Part shown: piece by piece, positions 48,565 to 58,116 of the stretch
Numbering within the stretch: position 1 is the stretch's first letter
How the letters are laid out: each line of letters opens with the position of its first letter
Sequence record: LC680885.1
Length of the DNA: 64,000 nt
Strand: one strand, 5' to 3'
Translations under genes and position numbers: made by a program
Notes under the pieces: model-generated
What the model saw: the letters and a program-made list of their open reading frames with translations, nothing else
The model's database searches: none
What the model was told of the DNA's origin: nothing

Positions 48565-48641
48565 CAATAAAAGAGTGGATTATTTTCTATGATCCACTCT
48601 ACATATTTAAATTAAAAAAAAAACGAAAAGAGGAAATTAAA

Positions 48642-49148
48642 ATGAAAAAATTATTAATGACATTAGCATCAATCGCTTTAATCGCAGTTATCGGAGCAGC
48701 AGGGATATTTGGTTATAGTAGTTTTAAAAGCTTAACAGTCAATAAAGAAGATAGTAAGACTGAAGAAGTATCTAAAAAGAAAGAAGACAAAAAAGAAAAG
48801 AAAGAACAAGAAGAATCAGATAATGTAGAAGTAAATCAACAACAAGATCAAACTCAAGAAGTAAATAATAATGAACGACAAAATCAAACTACAGAAGATA
48901 ATAATACAAATGTACAACAAAATCAACAACAAGAACCAGTAGTTGAAGAGAAAACTCAAGTAACAGATAATGAAGGTAATAATATAGATGATATGGATTC
49001 AGAAGAATTTATTTCTAAATATACGGAAGGAATGGATGAAGAAGAAGCTCAAACAGTAAAAGACATGGCTGAAGAAGATTCAGGATATGAAGATTTCTTA
49101 CGTGGACAAGTAGAAGCTAGACAAAACGGACAAGGCGGAAATTACTAA
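48642..49148 (+). CDS. membrane-anchored Q/E/N-rich protein, triplet member 1
   Basis: MKKLL..IALIAVIGAAGIFGYS. Confidence 0.7.
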   Translation: MKKLLMTLASIALIAVIGAAGIFGYSSFKSLTVNKEDSKTEEVSKKKEDKKEKKEQEESDNVEVNQQQDQTQEVNNNERQNQTTEDNNTNVQQNQQQEPVVEEKTQVTDNEGNNIDDMDSEEFISKYTEGMDEEEAQTVKDMAEEDSGYEDFLRGQVEARQNGQGGNY

Positions 49149-49171
49149 TAAGAAGAAAAGAGTGAAATGAA

Positions 49172-49639
49172 ATGAAAAAAATCTTAAGTATTTTAACAGC
49201 GATAGCTTTAATCACAGTTATCGGAGCAGCAGGAGTATTCGGCTATAGTAGTTTTAAAGAATTAAATAATAGTAAAGATAGTCATAAAGTTGAAACAAGT
49301 AAAAAACAAAAAGAATCAGATGATAAAAATAACACTCAACAACAAGAACAAAATACATCAAAAGAAAACAACAATATCCAACAACAATCAAATGAAGATA
49401 GCCTAACAGAAAATATGGATGAAGAATATAAAAAACAACAGGAAATGTATGAAAGGCAATCAAAAGATGAAGCTCCAGAACCGGATTCTATAATTGGCAA
49501 CCCACCAAAAAATTATGAAACTCCAGAAAAAGATAAAATAACTATAAGTGAGTTAAGAGAAGTTTTAGGCGATGATATTGATGAAAGTAAAATTGATGAA
49601 GCAAAAGCGTCTGGCGAATATATTAATGATGAAGAATAA
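49172..49639 (+). CDS. membrane-anchored Q/E/N-rich protein, triplet member 2
   Basis: MKKIL..IALITVIGAAGVFGYS. Confidence 0.7.
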   Translation: MKKILSILTAIALITVIGAAGVFGYSSFKELNNSKDSHKVETSKKQKESDDKNNTQQQEQNTSKENNNIQQQSNEDSLTENMDEEYKKQQEMYERQSKDEAPEPDSIIGNPPKNYETPEKDKITISELREVLGDDIDESKIDEAKASGEYINDEE

Positions 49640-49670
49640 AAAATAAATAAAAAGAATAGAGGAAAATAAA

Positions 49671-50147
49671 ATGAAAAAATTATTAGTATCATTATCAATC
49701 TTAGCAGTAATTGTAGTATTAGTAGCGGCAGGTGTGTTTGGATATTCAAAATATAAAGAAGTAGAAATGAAACAACAGAATTTAGAAACACAATTAGAAG
49801 AAAAAAATTCCAATGAGCAAACTAATGAAAACGATCAACAACAAGAACAAGCAAATACAAATGAATCTCAAAATCAAGAAAATAGTTCAACAAAAAACAA
49901 TAACGACAATAAACAAAAAGTATCTAGAGACAATGTATTTGACTATGCTTTAGCTGCAGTAAATGAAGTAGGTGACGCTGATTTAATGAAATTCCAAGAA
50001 CCTTCTTACAGTGATGGTGTATGGACAATTGACACTAATAATAAATCTGGTTCAGGATCTAATACTATAAAAGTATACGATGATGGCTGGGTACAGATAT
50101 ATGATGGATCTGGTGAAATAGCTCATGAAACAAAAATAGAACTATAA
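49671..50147 (+). CDS. membrane-anchored Q/E/N-rich protein, triplet member 3
   Basis: MKKLL..LVAAGVFGYS; small folded C-terminal domain. Confidence 0.7.
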   Translation: MKKLLVSLSILAVIVVLVAAGVFGYSKYKEVEMKQQNLETQLEEKNSNEQTNENDQQQEQANTNESQNQENSSTKNNNDNKQKVSRDNVFDYALAAVNEVGDADLMKFQEPSYSDGVWTIDTNNKSGSGSNTIKVYDDGWVQIYDGSGEIAHETKIEL

Positions 50148-50167
50148 TTATTAAGGAGTGTTGATGA

Positions 50168-50413
50168 ATGATTAAAACAGAAACAAAAAATGAACATTTA
50201 TTTTTCAAATTTATTTCAGAATTAGGACTAACTAACGTGTATGATAACTTTATTGTAAGTGTTCCTTCAGGTCCTAAATTCATCAGATTAAATGAATTTG
50301 ATGAGGTAGAAGTGTATGAAAAATGCAATGAAAACCTAATCAAAGTAGTCAATATAGATACTAAATTTGATGATGTATTTTCGTTATTTTTCAAAATAAC
50401 GAAAGGAATTTAA
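50168..50413 (+). CDS. hypothetical protein
   Basis: AAGGAG RBS. Confidence 0.6.
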   Translation: MIKTETKNEHLFFKFISELGLTNVYDNFIVSVPSGPKFIRLNEFDEVEVYEKCNENLIKVVNIDTKFDDVFSLFFKITKGI

Positions 50414-50491
50414 AATATTATAGTCATGAATCTATTCAAGTAGATTCATGACTATTAATTATATATTTTTTTATAAATATAAGAAAGAGAG

Positions 50492-51193
50492 ATGACATTA
50501 ATTGTGTATGAAATTTCAGTAGCTCTAATGTTTTTAATCATAATATATTTTTCATTCAATACAATATATAAAACATTAGTAAGTGCGTATAACGAAAAAT
50601 TAAAAGGAAAATTCTTTTCCACAACGTTTTTGATATCTAGTTTATTATTTCCAATAATGATTATTGTATTTTACAATATAGATGGAATAGATATTGAAAT
50701 AGAATATGTTTTATTTTATTTTATACTATTAATAATTAACTTTGTATTAAATAAATTTCTTAAAGTTCATGATATTATAGTATATACGTCATTATTCTAT
50801 TCTTTATTTATAATGAATTATCATTATGAAATAGCTAACGACTTATATTTTGCTATATTTATTATAATAATAAATTTAACAATTCCATTAATTAAAATTT
50901 ATTTTCAATTAATGGAAATTGTAATTCAAACTGATGGAGAATATAAAGATATAGATATTAAAAAGAATATATTAAGACAGAATTTAAAAATAGTTAATTT
51001 AAATGATAACAATGCAAAATTTTCATTAGATGATTTTCTTGAAAGTAAATTTAATAATGATGAAGAATCAATAAGTGAATTCTTAGATAAAATGATTGAA
51101 AAAATATATTCTGAAAAAATAAATATAAAGTTGTATTGTTATCATATATTAATGGCATTATTAACTATATACTTTTTATTATCTCAAATTTAA
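50492..51193 (+). CDS. polytopic membrane protein
   Basis: Five to six hydrophobic helices. Confidence 0.65.
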   Translation: MTLIVYEISVALMFLIIIYFSFNTIYKTLVSAYNEKLKGKFFSTTFLISSLLFPIMIIVFYNIDGIDIEIEYVLFYFILLIINFVLNKFLKVHDIIVYTSLFYSLFIMNYHYEIANDLYFAIFIIIINLTIPLIKIYFQLMEIVIQTDGEYKDIDIKKNILRQNLKIVNLNDNNAKFSLDDFLESKFNNDEESISEFLDKMIEKIYSEKINIKLYCYHILMALLTIYFLLSQI

Positions 51194-51196
51194 ATA

Positions 51197-51211
51197 TATA
51201 TTATAAAAATG
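51197..51211 (+). promoter_or_regulatory. putative early promoter TATATTAT-N5-TG
   Basis: Consensus; hairpin GAGATTAATAA/TTATTAATCTC at the final G. Confidence 0.75.
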
Positions 51212-51251
51212 AGATTAATAATTTATTATTAATCTCAAATAAAAATTAAAG

Positions 51252-51782
51252 GTGGAAATAATTATGACACAAGAATTTTATGCAATCGTACAGTTTCAAA
51301 CTAATAGAAAATTTCAAGGAAAAGAGTATATTTATAAAGTACCTAAAAGACTTATTAAAAATGAAGATGAATTAGGATTAGAAAAATTTGCAATTGTATC
51401 TAATTTCAATCATAAAGATAGTAATTCAGTTCTAAGTCTTGCAGAAGATATTGCTAACGCTATTAGACCGGTAAAAATTAATAAAATCATGAATGAAGAT
51501 GAATTTATTGAATCAGAATATGTTGAAGATGCAGATGATTTAAATTATAGAAAAACCGATCAAGATGAAAGAGTTGAGTACAAATACTTATTATCTTTTA
51601 TCAAAGATGATGTTTATGATTATATTGAAGATATTGAGAAAGAAAAGGAAAAAGAAAAAATTGAAAAATTAATGAGACTAAGATTACAGAAGTTAGAAAA
51701 GAAAAAATCGTTTGACAATATTGTTGCGAGTTATGATGATAAAGAATTAAATGAATTATTTAATCGTTTTAAAGAATTATAA
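51252..51782 (+). CDS. hypothetical protein
   Basis: ORF after an early promoter (likely start at MTQEF). Confidence 0.65.
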   Translation: MEIIMTQEFYAIVQFQTNRKFQGKEYIYKVPKRLIKNEDELGLEKFAIVSNFNHKDSNSVLSLAEDIANAIRPVKINKIMNEDEFIESEYVEDADDLNYRKTDQDERVEYKYLLSFIKDDVYDYIEDIEKEKEKEKIEKLMRLRLQKLEKKKSFDNIVASYDDKELNELFNRFKEL

Positions 51783-51790
51783 ATATAATA

Positions 51791-51820
51791 TCCCAATGAG
51801 ATGAATTATTCTCATTGGGA
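51791..51820 (+). terminator. terminator-like hairpin
   Basis: TCCCAATGAGA/TCTCATTGGGA. Confidence 0.6.
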
Positions 51821-51854
51821 TTATTTAATTACTTAATTAGGAGATGAAAAGGAT

Positions 51855-52685
51855 ATGTATAACAATAAAAATTTTATGTCAAGTTTAAATTTAAACGAAA
51901 CAAAGTTGAGTGAATTTATAGATAAAGAAGATATAAATTCTGATGTGTCTAAGAAAGTGTATTATGAGAAAGTTATTGATTTGTACATGGATCAAATATT
52001 TAATGTAGATAATGAATTCTTAAAAAGTCTAATTGACTTTGATGATTTAAAATATACTAAAGATGAATTAGATTATATAATATATGAAGAAATGGGAGTA
52101 AATAGAAATAATAAAAAAGACTTATCTTTAATTCTTAATAGAGTATATGAATCTTATAAAGAATCTAAATCAGATAAAAATTATTATTTAATGAAATATT
52201 TATTACCGTTTACTCTATATAATGATAGAATTTTTAATAAAAACTTTTATTTACATTTTGGAGCTAATAGATTTTTTAAAAATGAATTTATAGATGCAAT
52301 TACTGATACTTTTATGTATATTAGAGATAATAATATAGAATGTGAAGTTATAGAATTATTATTTAACGATATACTCACTAAATTATATGTGCACAGTAAT
52401 GAAGTAGTATCTAGAATTTTAGTTAGAATAGCTAAAAAAGACGCTAGTTTATTATTTACCGATGATACTATATTTAATATACTATATTCTTTATATTCAC
52501 ATCAAACTATTAAGAAAATAAAAAGAAATATAAGTATAGAAAGTATCGAAAAAATTATTAAAATGAATAGATATACTTATATTGAAAGAATTGAAAAAGC
52601 TATAGGAAGACAATTATCTTTTTATGATAATCCAAACGGTAAAGAAATAAAGAATATGATAAAAGAATTTAAAAATAATAAATAG
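51855..52685 (+). CDS. hypothetical protein
   Basis: ORF with RBS. Confidence 0.65.
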   Translation: MYNNKNFMSSLNLNETKLSEFIDKEDINSDVSKKVYYEKVIDLYMDQIFNVDNEFLKSLIDFDDLKYTKDELDYIIYEEMGVNRNNKKDLSLILNRVYESYKESKSDKNYYLMKYLLPFTLYNDRIFNKNFYLHFGANRFFKNEFIDAITDTFMYIRDNNIECEVIELLFNDILTKLYVHSNEVVSRILVRIAKKDASLLFTDDTIFNILYSLYSHQTIKKIKRNISIESIEKIIKMNRYTYIERIEKAIGRQLSFYDNPNGKEIKNMIKEFKNNK

Positions 52686-52700
52686 GGAGTTGAAACGGAT

Positions 52701-53201
52701 ATGTTAAAAAATAAAAATATTGAAATTAACCAAGATATTATTAATCAAGAATTAATGAAAACAAAATATATGGAAGAGGCGATGTTAAAAGTGTTAAATC
52801 AAGACCTAGTAATCAATTTAAGATTTTTAAAAGATAATCTACTAACTGGATGGGAATTTGAAAATAATACAGCTGAATTTAAAGAAATAGAAAAATTCTA
52901 TGATCCGTCACTAAAAATAAGATTAATTTTTAAAGTTAATAATGAAAAAGAAATCAAGTATACAATTAATGAAGATGTTCAAGATATTTTAGAAAACTTT
53001 ATGATTAAAAAATCAAATGACGAAAGAGCTTGTGAAATTATTAAATCTGTTATTGAGTATGAATTCTTTAAGAAAGAAAATAAAAAGGGTCATGAACTTG
53101 ATATGAATACAATAGATTTATTAATGGGTAAAGTTAATGAATTAAAAATTAAGTACAATATCAGTAATAAACAAGCTAAGAAATTATATATAGCATTTTA
53201 A
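52701..53201 (+). CDS. hypothetical protein
   Basis: ORF with RBS. Confidence 0.65.
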   Translation: MLKNKNIEINQDIINQELMKTKYMEEAMLKVLNQDLVINLRFLKDNLLTGWEFENNTAEFKEIEKFYDPSLKIRLIFKVNNEKEIKYTINEDVQDILENFMIKKSNDERACEIIKSVIEYEFFKKENKKGHELDMNTIDLLMGKVNELKIKYNISNKQAKKLYIAF

Positions 53202-53226
53202 AATATAACTAAAGAGAGGTAATTTC

Positions 53227-53853
53227 ATGAGAAAAACAGTAAATCTATTTGATTGGTATATCTATAAAAATGGAGAATATACATTGATTCCTTACTTCTT
53301 CAGATTAGCTTCAGGATTATTAATATTAATTGTATTCTCATCTTTAACTGTAATTAATATTAAATTATCTTTTATATCATTAATGGTAACAATTCCAACA
53401 TTTTTGATAATTAATCTATTAATTTATTTATATTTTAATAAAAATTGTCTTAGAGAATATGGAGAAATAAATAAATCTTTTAAAGTGAAAGATAAATATT
53501 ATTCTTTTTGGTATATTGAATTAAATGAAGATAATGAGGTTTTTAAAGAAGCTTTTAATAATTTTAAAAATGAACACGAATGGATTATAGAAGAAGAAAA
53601 TATAAAAAATCTATCAGAAATACTGTCACAAAAATTTTTTATAAAAGACACTAAAATAGTAGAGACTGTAGCGAGAGAAAAAAGAAAACATTGGAAGAAC
53701 AATATTGACACTAATAGACTGATAACTTATAGAGAGTTTCTTAAATATAGAAAGAATAAAAAGAAATTTGAAGAGTCTAAGAAGTTAGAAAAGGAAATAA
53801 AAGAGTTTCAAGATTATTACAATTTAAACACTAAAGGAGAAATTAAAAAATGA
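53227..53853 (+). CDS. membrane protein of the HWxNxIxTN family
   Basis: Two TM helices; HWKNNIDTN..IKEFQDYY. Confidence 0.65.
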   Translation: MRKTVNLFDWYIYKNGEYTLIPYFFRLASGLLILIVFSSLTVINIKLSFISLMVTIPTFLIINLLIYLYFNKNCLREYGEINKSFKVKDKYYSFWYIELNEDNEVFKEAFNNFKNEHEWIIEEENIKNLSEILSQKFFIKDTKIVETVAREKRKHWKNNIDTNRLITYREFLKYRKNKKKFEESKKLEKEIKEFQDYYNLNTKGEIKK

Positions 53854-54314
53854 ATACTAAAATAATCGCAGCATTTCCGGGTACAGGTAAATCTTACATC
53901 AAAAATAATATCTCATTCTTAAAAACATCTGATTCAGATTCAACTAGTTTTTCATGGATAATTAAAGATGGAGAAAAAGTTAGAAATCCTAAATTTCCAA
54001 CGAATTATATTAGTTATATTAAGGATCTCTATTATAAAAATGTAATGGATTATATTTTCGTATCAACTCATAAAGAAGTTATCCAAGAGTTGATTGATAA
54101 TAATTTAGAATTTGTAGTAGCTTATCCAAAACGTTCAGATAAAGAATTATATTTAAAGAGATACAAAGAAAGAGGTTCAGATAGTAAATTTATTGAGCTT
54201 CTTGATAATATGTTTGATAGTTTTATAGATGATATAGAGAATAGAGTTCCTGAAGAAAACAGAATTGAACTTAATCATAATGAATATTTAGCTAACGTAT
54301 TAGATAAAATTTAA
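53850..54314 (+). CDS. small P-loop NTPase / kinase-like protein
   Basis: IIAAFPGTGKS Walker A; YLKRYKERG lid-like segment. Confidence 0.7.
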   Translation: MNTKIIAAFPGTGKSYIKNNISFLKTSDSDSTSFSWIIKDGEKVRNPKFPTNYISYIKDLYYKNVMDYIFVSTHKEVIQELIDNNLEFVVAYPKRSDKELYLKRYKERGSDSKFIELLDNMFDSFIDDIENRVPEENRIELNHNEYLANVLDKI

Positions 54315-54331
54315 ATAAGGAGAAATTAAAA

Positions 54332-54790
54332 ATGAGATACTTTAAAGGTATAGTAGCAGGAAAAGACTTTTTCTTAAAAGCAGATAATGAAGAAAATGCC
54401 ATTAAGGAATTAGCATCAAAAGAAATTAATTCTATAGGATCTTTTACAATGTTAAGTAATGAAAAACAGAAATACCTAATAATTTTCTTTAATGAAGATG
54501 AAGATAAATTTGTTGTTGGAAATGGATTAGAATCATATATATCATTAGACAGTCTTAAATCTGAATTAGAATCTAAAGATTTAGAATGTTATTATTTAGA
54601 TTTAGGTAATACAGATAATATCGAGATAAACGGTATTATAAAAAATCAAGAATACACATTAACAGAAATAATAATGGAAAGTATTAAATTAACTATGAAT
54701 GATTTTTATCAACAAGTTATAAATTCTGTATTAACTGAATTAACTGAAAAAGAATACAAAAATTCAATAGTTGTTAAAAATTTTAAATAA
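54332..54790 (+). CDS. C-terminal-tag family protein
   Basis: MRYF..; ends ELTEKEYKNSIVVKNFK. Confidence 0.72.
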   Translation: MRYFKGIVAGKDFFLKADNEENAIKELASKEINSIGSFTMLSNEKQKYLIIFFNEDEDKFVVGNGLESYISLDSLKSELESKDLECYYLDLGNTDNIEINGIIKNQEYTLTEIIMESIKLTMNDFYQQVINSVLTELTEKEYKNSIVVKNFK

Positions 54791-54809
54791 CTAGGAAGGA
54801 ATAAAAATA

Positions 54810-55280
54810 GTGAGAAATAAAAAAAGAAGCATAGATAGTTTGATAAATAATAATCTAGAATTACCAATTGAGATTACTGAAAATTATATAAATAATTTTA
54901 TATACAAATCATTAACTGCTATAAATAAGAAAAAAGAAATAAAACCAAATCAAACTTATATAATTAATCATAAGAATGAATTATTTAATAAAGCAGATAA
55001 TTTCATAAATTGTATTTTAGAATTATTAAAAGGTGATGTGGGTACTTTAATAGATAAAAAAGATTTAAAGTTAAAAAGAAATGTAAAGAAAGACAATATA
55101 AGTAATTGTCTTACAATATATACTATTGTAGAAACTTTAACTTACAATAATTCTATAACAATGATGATGGTAAAAAATGTAAATAATACCAATAAGGAAG
55201 TAACTGGTGAACTAATATTTGATATTAATATAAGTGATAAATTAGGTAAAGATAATTACAATGAAAATATTTATATTTAA
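54810..55280 (+). CDS. hypothetical protein
   Basis: GTG-start ORF. Confidence 0.55.
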   Translation: MRNKKRSIDSLINNNLELPIEITENYINNFIYKSLTAINKKKEIKPNQTYIINHKNELFNKADNFINCILELLKGDVGTLIDKKDLKLKRNVKKDNISNCLTIYTIVETLTYNNSITMMMVKNVNNTNKEVTGELIFDINISDKLGKDNYNENIYI

Positions 55281-55294
55281 TTACTATTTAAATA

Positions 55295-55309
55295 TATATT
55301 ATATAAATG
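55295..55309 (+). promoter_or_regulatory. putative early promoter TATATTAT-N5-TG
   Basis: Consensus; no clear hairpin. Confidence 0.7.
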
Positions 55310-55335
55310 AAGTTAATTAAAATACAGGAGATGAA

Positions 55336-55683
55336 TTGGATATGTTAAACGATACTAAAAAGATTTTAGACAGAATATACGACAAAATAAATGGTGATTT
55401 AATTGTTATTTCAGAGTGTAAAGATCTATTTGATAAGGAATTAAATTACACTTTAACTGAAGGTAATGAAGAAACAACAAATCTTGATTATTTGGCAGAT
55501 TCTTTAATTGTAGTTGCTTCAGATATATTTACTTTAAAAGAAGTACTTAATATTGACGAAGAAACTATTAATAATGAACTATTAGCAGAATTTAAACTAA
55601 GCTATAGAATGATACAAAATTTTCATATGAAATTAGAATTAAATAGTTATAAATTAAAAAAGATTAAAACCTCGGTTGAATAA
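55336..55683 (+). CDS. hypothetical protein
   Basis: ORF with RBS. Confidence 0.6.
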   Translation: MDMLNDTKKILDRIYDKINGDLIVISECKDLFDKELNYTLTEGNEETTNLDYLADSLIVVASDIFTLKEVLNIDEETINNELLAEFKLSYRMIQNFHMKLELNSYKLKKIKTSVE

Positions 55684-55702
55684 ATATAGGAGATGATTAG
55701 GA

Positions 55703-56188
55703 ATGAATTATTTAAAGAATGAAAAAGGGGAGGTCTTTCCAGTCAATGAAGAAGGAATGGAGAATATTATATTCTTTCTTCTAGACTACTCACAGAAAAA
55801 TGATTATAACACAATGAATTTGATTAAAGAGATAAATGATCACGTGATGAAAGGCGAAAATATAAGTAATAAATTTATTAATGAAAAGACAAAAGAAACG
55901 ATATTAACATTAGGTAAAGTAAAAGGTAATTTAACTAATGAATTAGCTAGAAGTGGTTATATAGTTAATTTCTCTAGAAATAAAATATCACTATCGATAT
56001 ATGTAAAAAATAATAGTTTTAAATTAGTAAGAATTTCAGATCATAATATTAATAAAAAAATAAATAAAAAAGGTGTAATCAGTAATAGATTTGACGGACA
56101 ATTAGTATGTAAAAATAATCTAGTTAAATCTTCTGATTTGAAAAAGCATGGAATTGATATTAATGAAGGAATATATTATTTAGAATAG
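55703..56188 (+). CDS. hypothetical protein (RISDH motif)
   Basis: ORF with RBS. Confidence 0.6.
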   Translation: MNYLKNEKGEVFPVNEEGMENIIFFLLDYSQKNDYNTMNLIKEINDHVMKGENISNKFINEKTKETILTLGKVKGNLTNELARSGYIVNFSRNKISLSIYVKNNSFKLVRISDHNINKKINKKGVISNRFDGQLVCKNNLVKSSDLKKHGIDINEGIYYLE

Positions 56189-56189
56189 G

Positions 56190-56483
56190 ATGAAACTATA
56201 TATGAAAAAGATAATAATGTTTTTAGGTATTTTGTTACTAACAACGGTATTGGTCGGTTGTGGAGAAAGTGTTGATTCAAAAGATAAAAAAGATTCAATC
56301 AAAACAGTAACTATTTATAGTAAAGACGGTAAAGTATTACATCAATATGAAGGAAAAGTTAGTGCTGAGAGAGTAACGGATAACAAATTTACTAAAATTG
56401 ATATAGACGGTAAGAAATTAAGAGTTGTAAATGCAGATGTAGTTATTGAAGAGAAAGGTATTGAGAAATTTGAAACAAAATAA
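56190..56483 (+). CDS. lipoprotein
   Basis: MKKIIMFLGILLLTTVLVGC lipobox. Confidence 0.72.
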   Translation: MKLYMKKIIMFLGILLLTTVLVGCGESVDSKDKKDSIKTVTIYSKDGKVLHQYEGKVSAERVTDNKFTKIDIDGKKLRVVNADVVIEEKGIEKFETK

Positions 56484-56493
56484 AGATTAAGTA

Positions 56494-56508
56494 TATATTA
56501 TAATTATG
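56494..56508 (+). promoter_or_regulatory. putative early promoter TATATTAT-N5-TG
   Basis: Consensus; hairpin AGAAAGATAT/ATATCTTTCT follows. Confidence 0.75.
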
Positions 56509-56560
56509 AAGAAAGATATTATCATATATCTTTCTAATAAAATTAATGGAGGAATTTGTT

Positions 56561-56857
56561 ATGGCAAAATTAAATGAAGAAGTATTAAGAGACTTTCAAG
56601 TAAAAACTGAAATTGATGGAGAATTTGAAGTAATGGAATCTGATGAGCTTGGTGTTGATGAAGCTTATGAAATTGAATTAATTAAAGAATTGGGATTAGA
56701 TGTCGATTCAAGTGTATTCTCTTATGCAATATCAGAAAAAGATGATGAAGAAAATACGTATACTTTAGAATATAGTCATGAAGGCGTTCTATTAACTATT
56801 CATGATATCGATTTTGAAAATGGTATTCATGATACTATTTATAAAAATGTAATTTAA
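56561..56857 (+). CDS. acidic hypothetical protein
   Basis: GGAGG RBS just upstream. Confidence 0.6.
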   Translation: MAKLNEEVLRDFQVKTEIDGEFEVMESDELGVDEAYEIELIKELGLDVDSSVFSYAISEKDDEENTYTLEYSHEGVLLTIHDIDFENGIHDTIYKNVI

Positions 56858-56866
56858 TGATTTAAG

Positions 56867-56899
56867 TATAGCTGATATCTTTAACGGATATCAGCTATA
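56867..56899 (+). terminator. intrinsic terminator-like hairpin
   Basis: TATAGCTGATATC/GATATCAGCTATA plus T-run. Confidence 0.7.
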
Positions 56900-56940
56900 T
56901 TATTTTTATTTTTTTACTTAAAGGAGATGAAAAGGATAAT

Positions 56941-57552
56941 ATGAATTATTTTGAATTGGAATATACAGGTTTAATTAATAATAATAAATTAGATAATCTA
57001 GTTCTACACAAACAAGAAAATGAAGAAATTGAATCGGGTGTTTTAAATATGGTTTTATTTAAATTGTATCTAAAAGAATTCTATAATGATAATATGGATG
57101 ATAATGATTTATGTAAGAAACTAAAAATGGAAATAAGAAGTATTCATAGTTATAATAATTCAGAAATTTATATTAATGAAGACTTTGCTGAAATATATGA
57201 TGGTATTAATCCGAATAATAATATTAAATCAGGAAAAATAAATAAAGATTATGAATATTTATTTAAATTTATTAAAGATAATATAAATGAAAAAGATTTA
57301 AATAATATACATGTGATTAAATTTACAACATTTGAAATAGAGAAATATAAACCTGTTGTGATTTTTATAAACTCAGATAAACTTAGAATTAAGACCAATA
57401 AATCAATTAGTAGATATACATCAACAAATGAATTTGTATTCTATAATATTTCAAGCGAAAGTTTATATACATTAATGAAAAATACAAATAGAATAAGAAA
57501 TATAACGGAAAAAGAATATAAAAAAGAATTAGTTAAAAGGAGTTTTTTATAA
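56941..57552 (+). CDS. C-terminal-tag family protein
   Basis: Ends NITEKEYKKELVKRSFL. Confidence 0.72.
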   Translation: MNYFELEYTGLINNNKLDNLVLHKQENEEIESGVLNMVLFKLYLKEFYNDNMDDNDLCKKLKMEIRSIHSYNNSEIYINEDFAEIYDGINPNNNIKSGKINKDYEYLFKFIKDNINEKDLNNIHVIKFTTFEIEKYKPVVIFINSDKLRIKTNKSISRYTSTNEFVFYNISSESLYTLMKNTNRIRNITEKEYKKELVKRSFL

Positions 57553-58100
57553 TGTATGAAGTTAATAAAAAATTTAAATATGCTAAAAGAGATAAAGAAT
57601 TCACATTATTCCACCATAAATCAAAAGAAAAAATAACTGATTCATTTATAATTAATAATTATATTTCATATGTATTATATCAATGCTACGAAAGAACACC
57701 AGGAAATGCAGAAGTTTGGTTGGAAATTAATGATATAAATAATATAAAAGGTGATTTCTTATTTAAATTTATGTTTGACAACAGACCTTCTTTTGGTTCT
57801 AATTATTTTCCTAAGTGTAAATTAAATATACAAGATAACAGTGATAATAATATTGTAACTATTGAATTTAGTGATAAATATAAAAGACATAATTTTATTC
57901 TAGAAGAAATATCTAAATTTAATAATGTTCATATTAATTTTTATGAAGAAGTATTATTTACTAATGAAGATGAAGAATTCAAGTTATTAAAGAATGTATT
58001 TAAAACTGATAACATTAAATATTACCAAAATAAAGATTTAATTAGTTATATTTCAGACAAAGAAGCTAGAAAAATTTTAGTAAAAGAAAACTTTAAATAG
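57552..58100 (+). CDS. C-terminal-tag family protein
   Basis: Ends YISDKEARKILVKENFK. Confidence 0.72.
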   Translation: MYEVNKKFKYAKRDKEFTLFHHKSKEKITDSFIINNYISYVLYQCYERTPGNAEVWLEINDINNIKGDFLFKFMFDNRPSFGSNYFPKCKLNIQDNSDNNIVTIEFSDKYKRHNFILEEISKFNNVHINFYEEVLFTNEDEEFKLLKNVFKTDNIKYYQNKDLISYISDKEARKILVKENFK

Positions 58101-58116
58101 AATAGGGGCAAATAAA

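Noticed and set aside
7962-55345. Recurrent AGGAG(A/T)TGA-N4-GATATG leader
   Set aside because: Explained as the extended Firmicutes Shine-Dalgarno (AGGAGGTGA) with ordinary spacing
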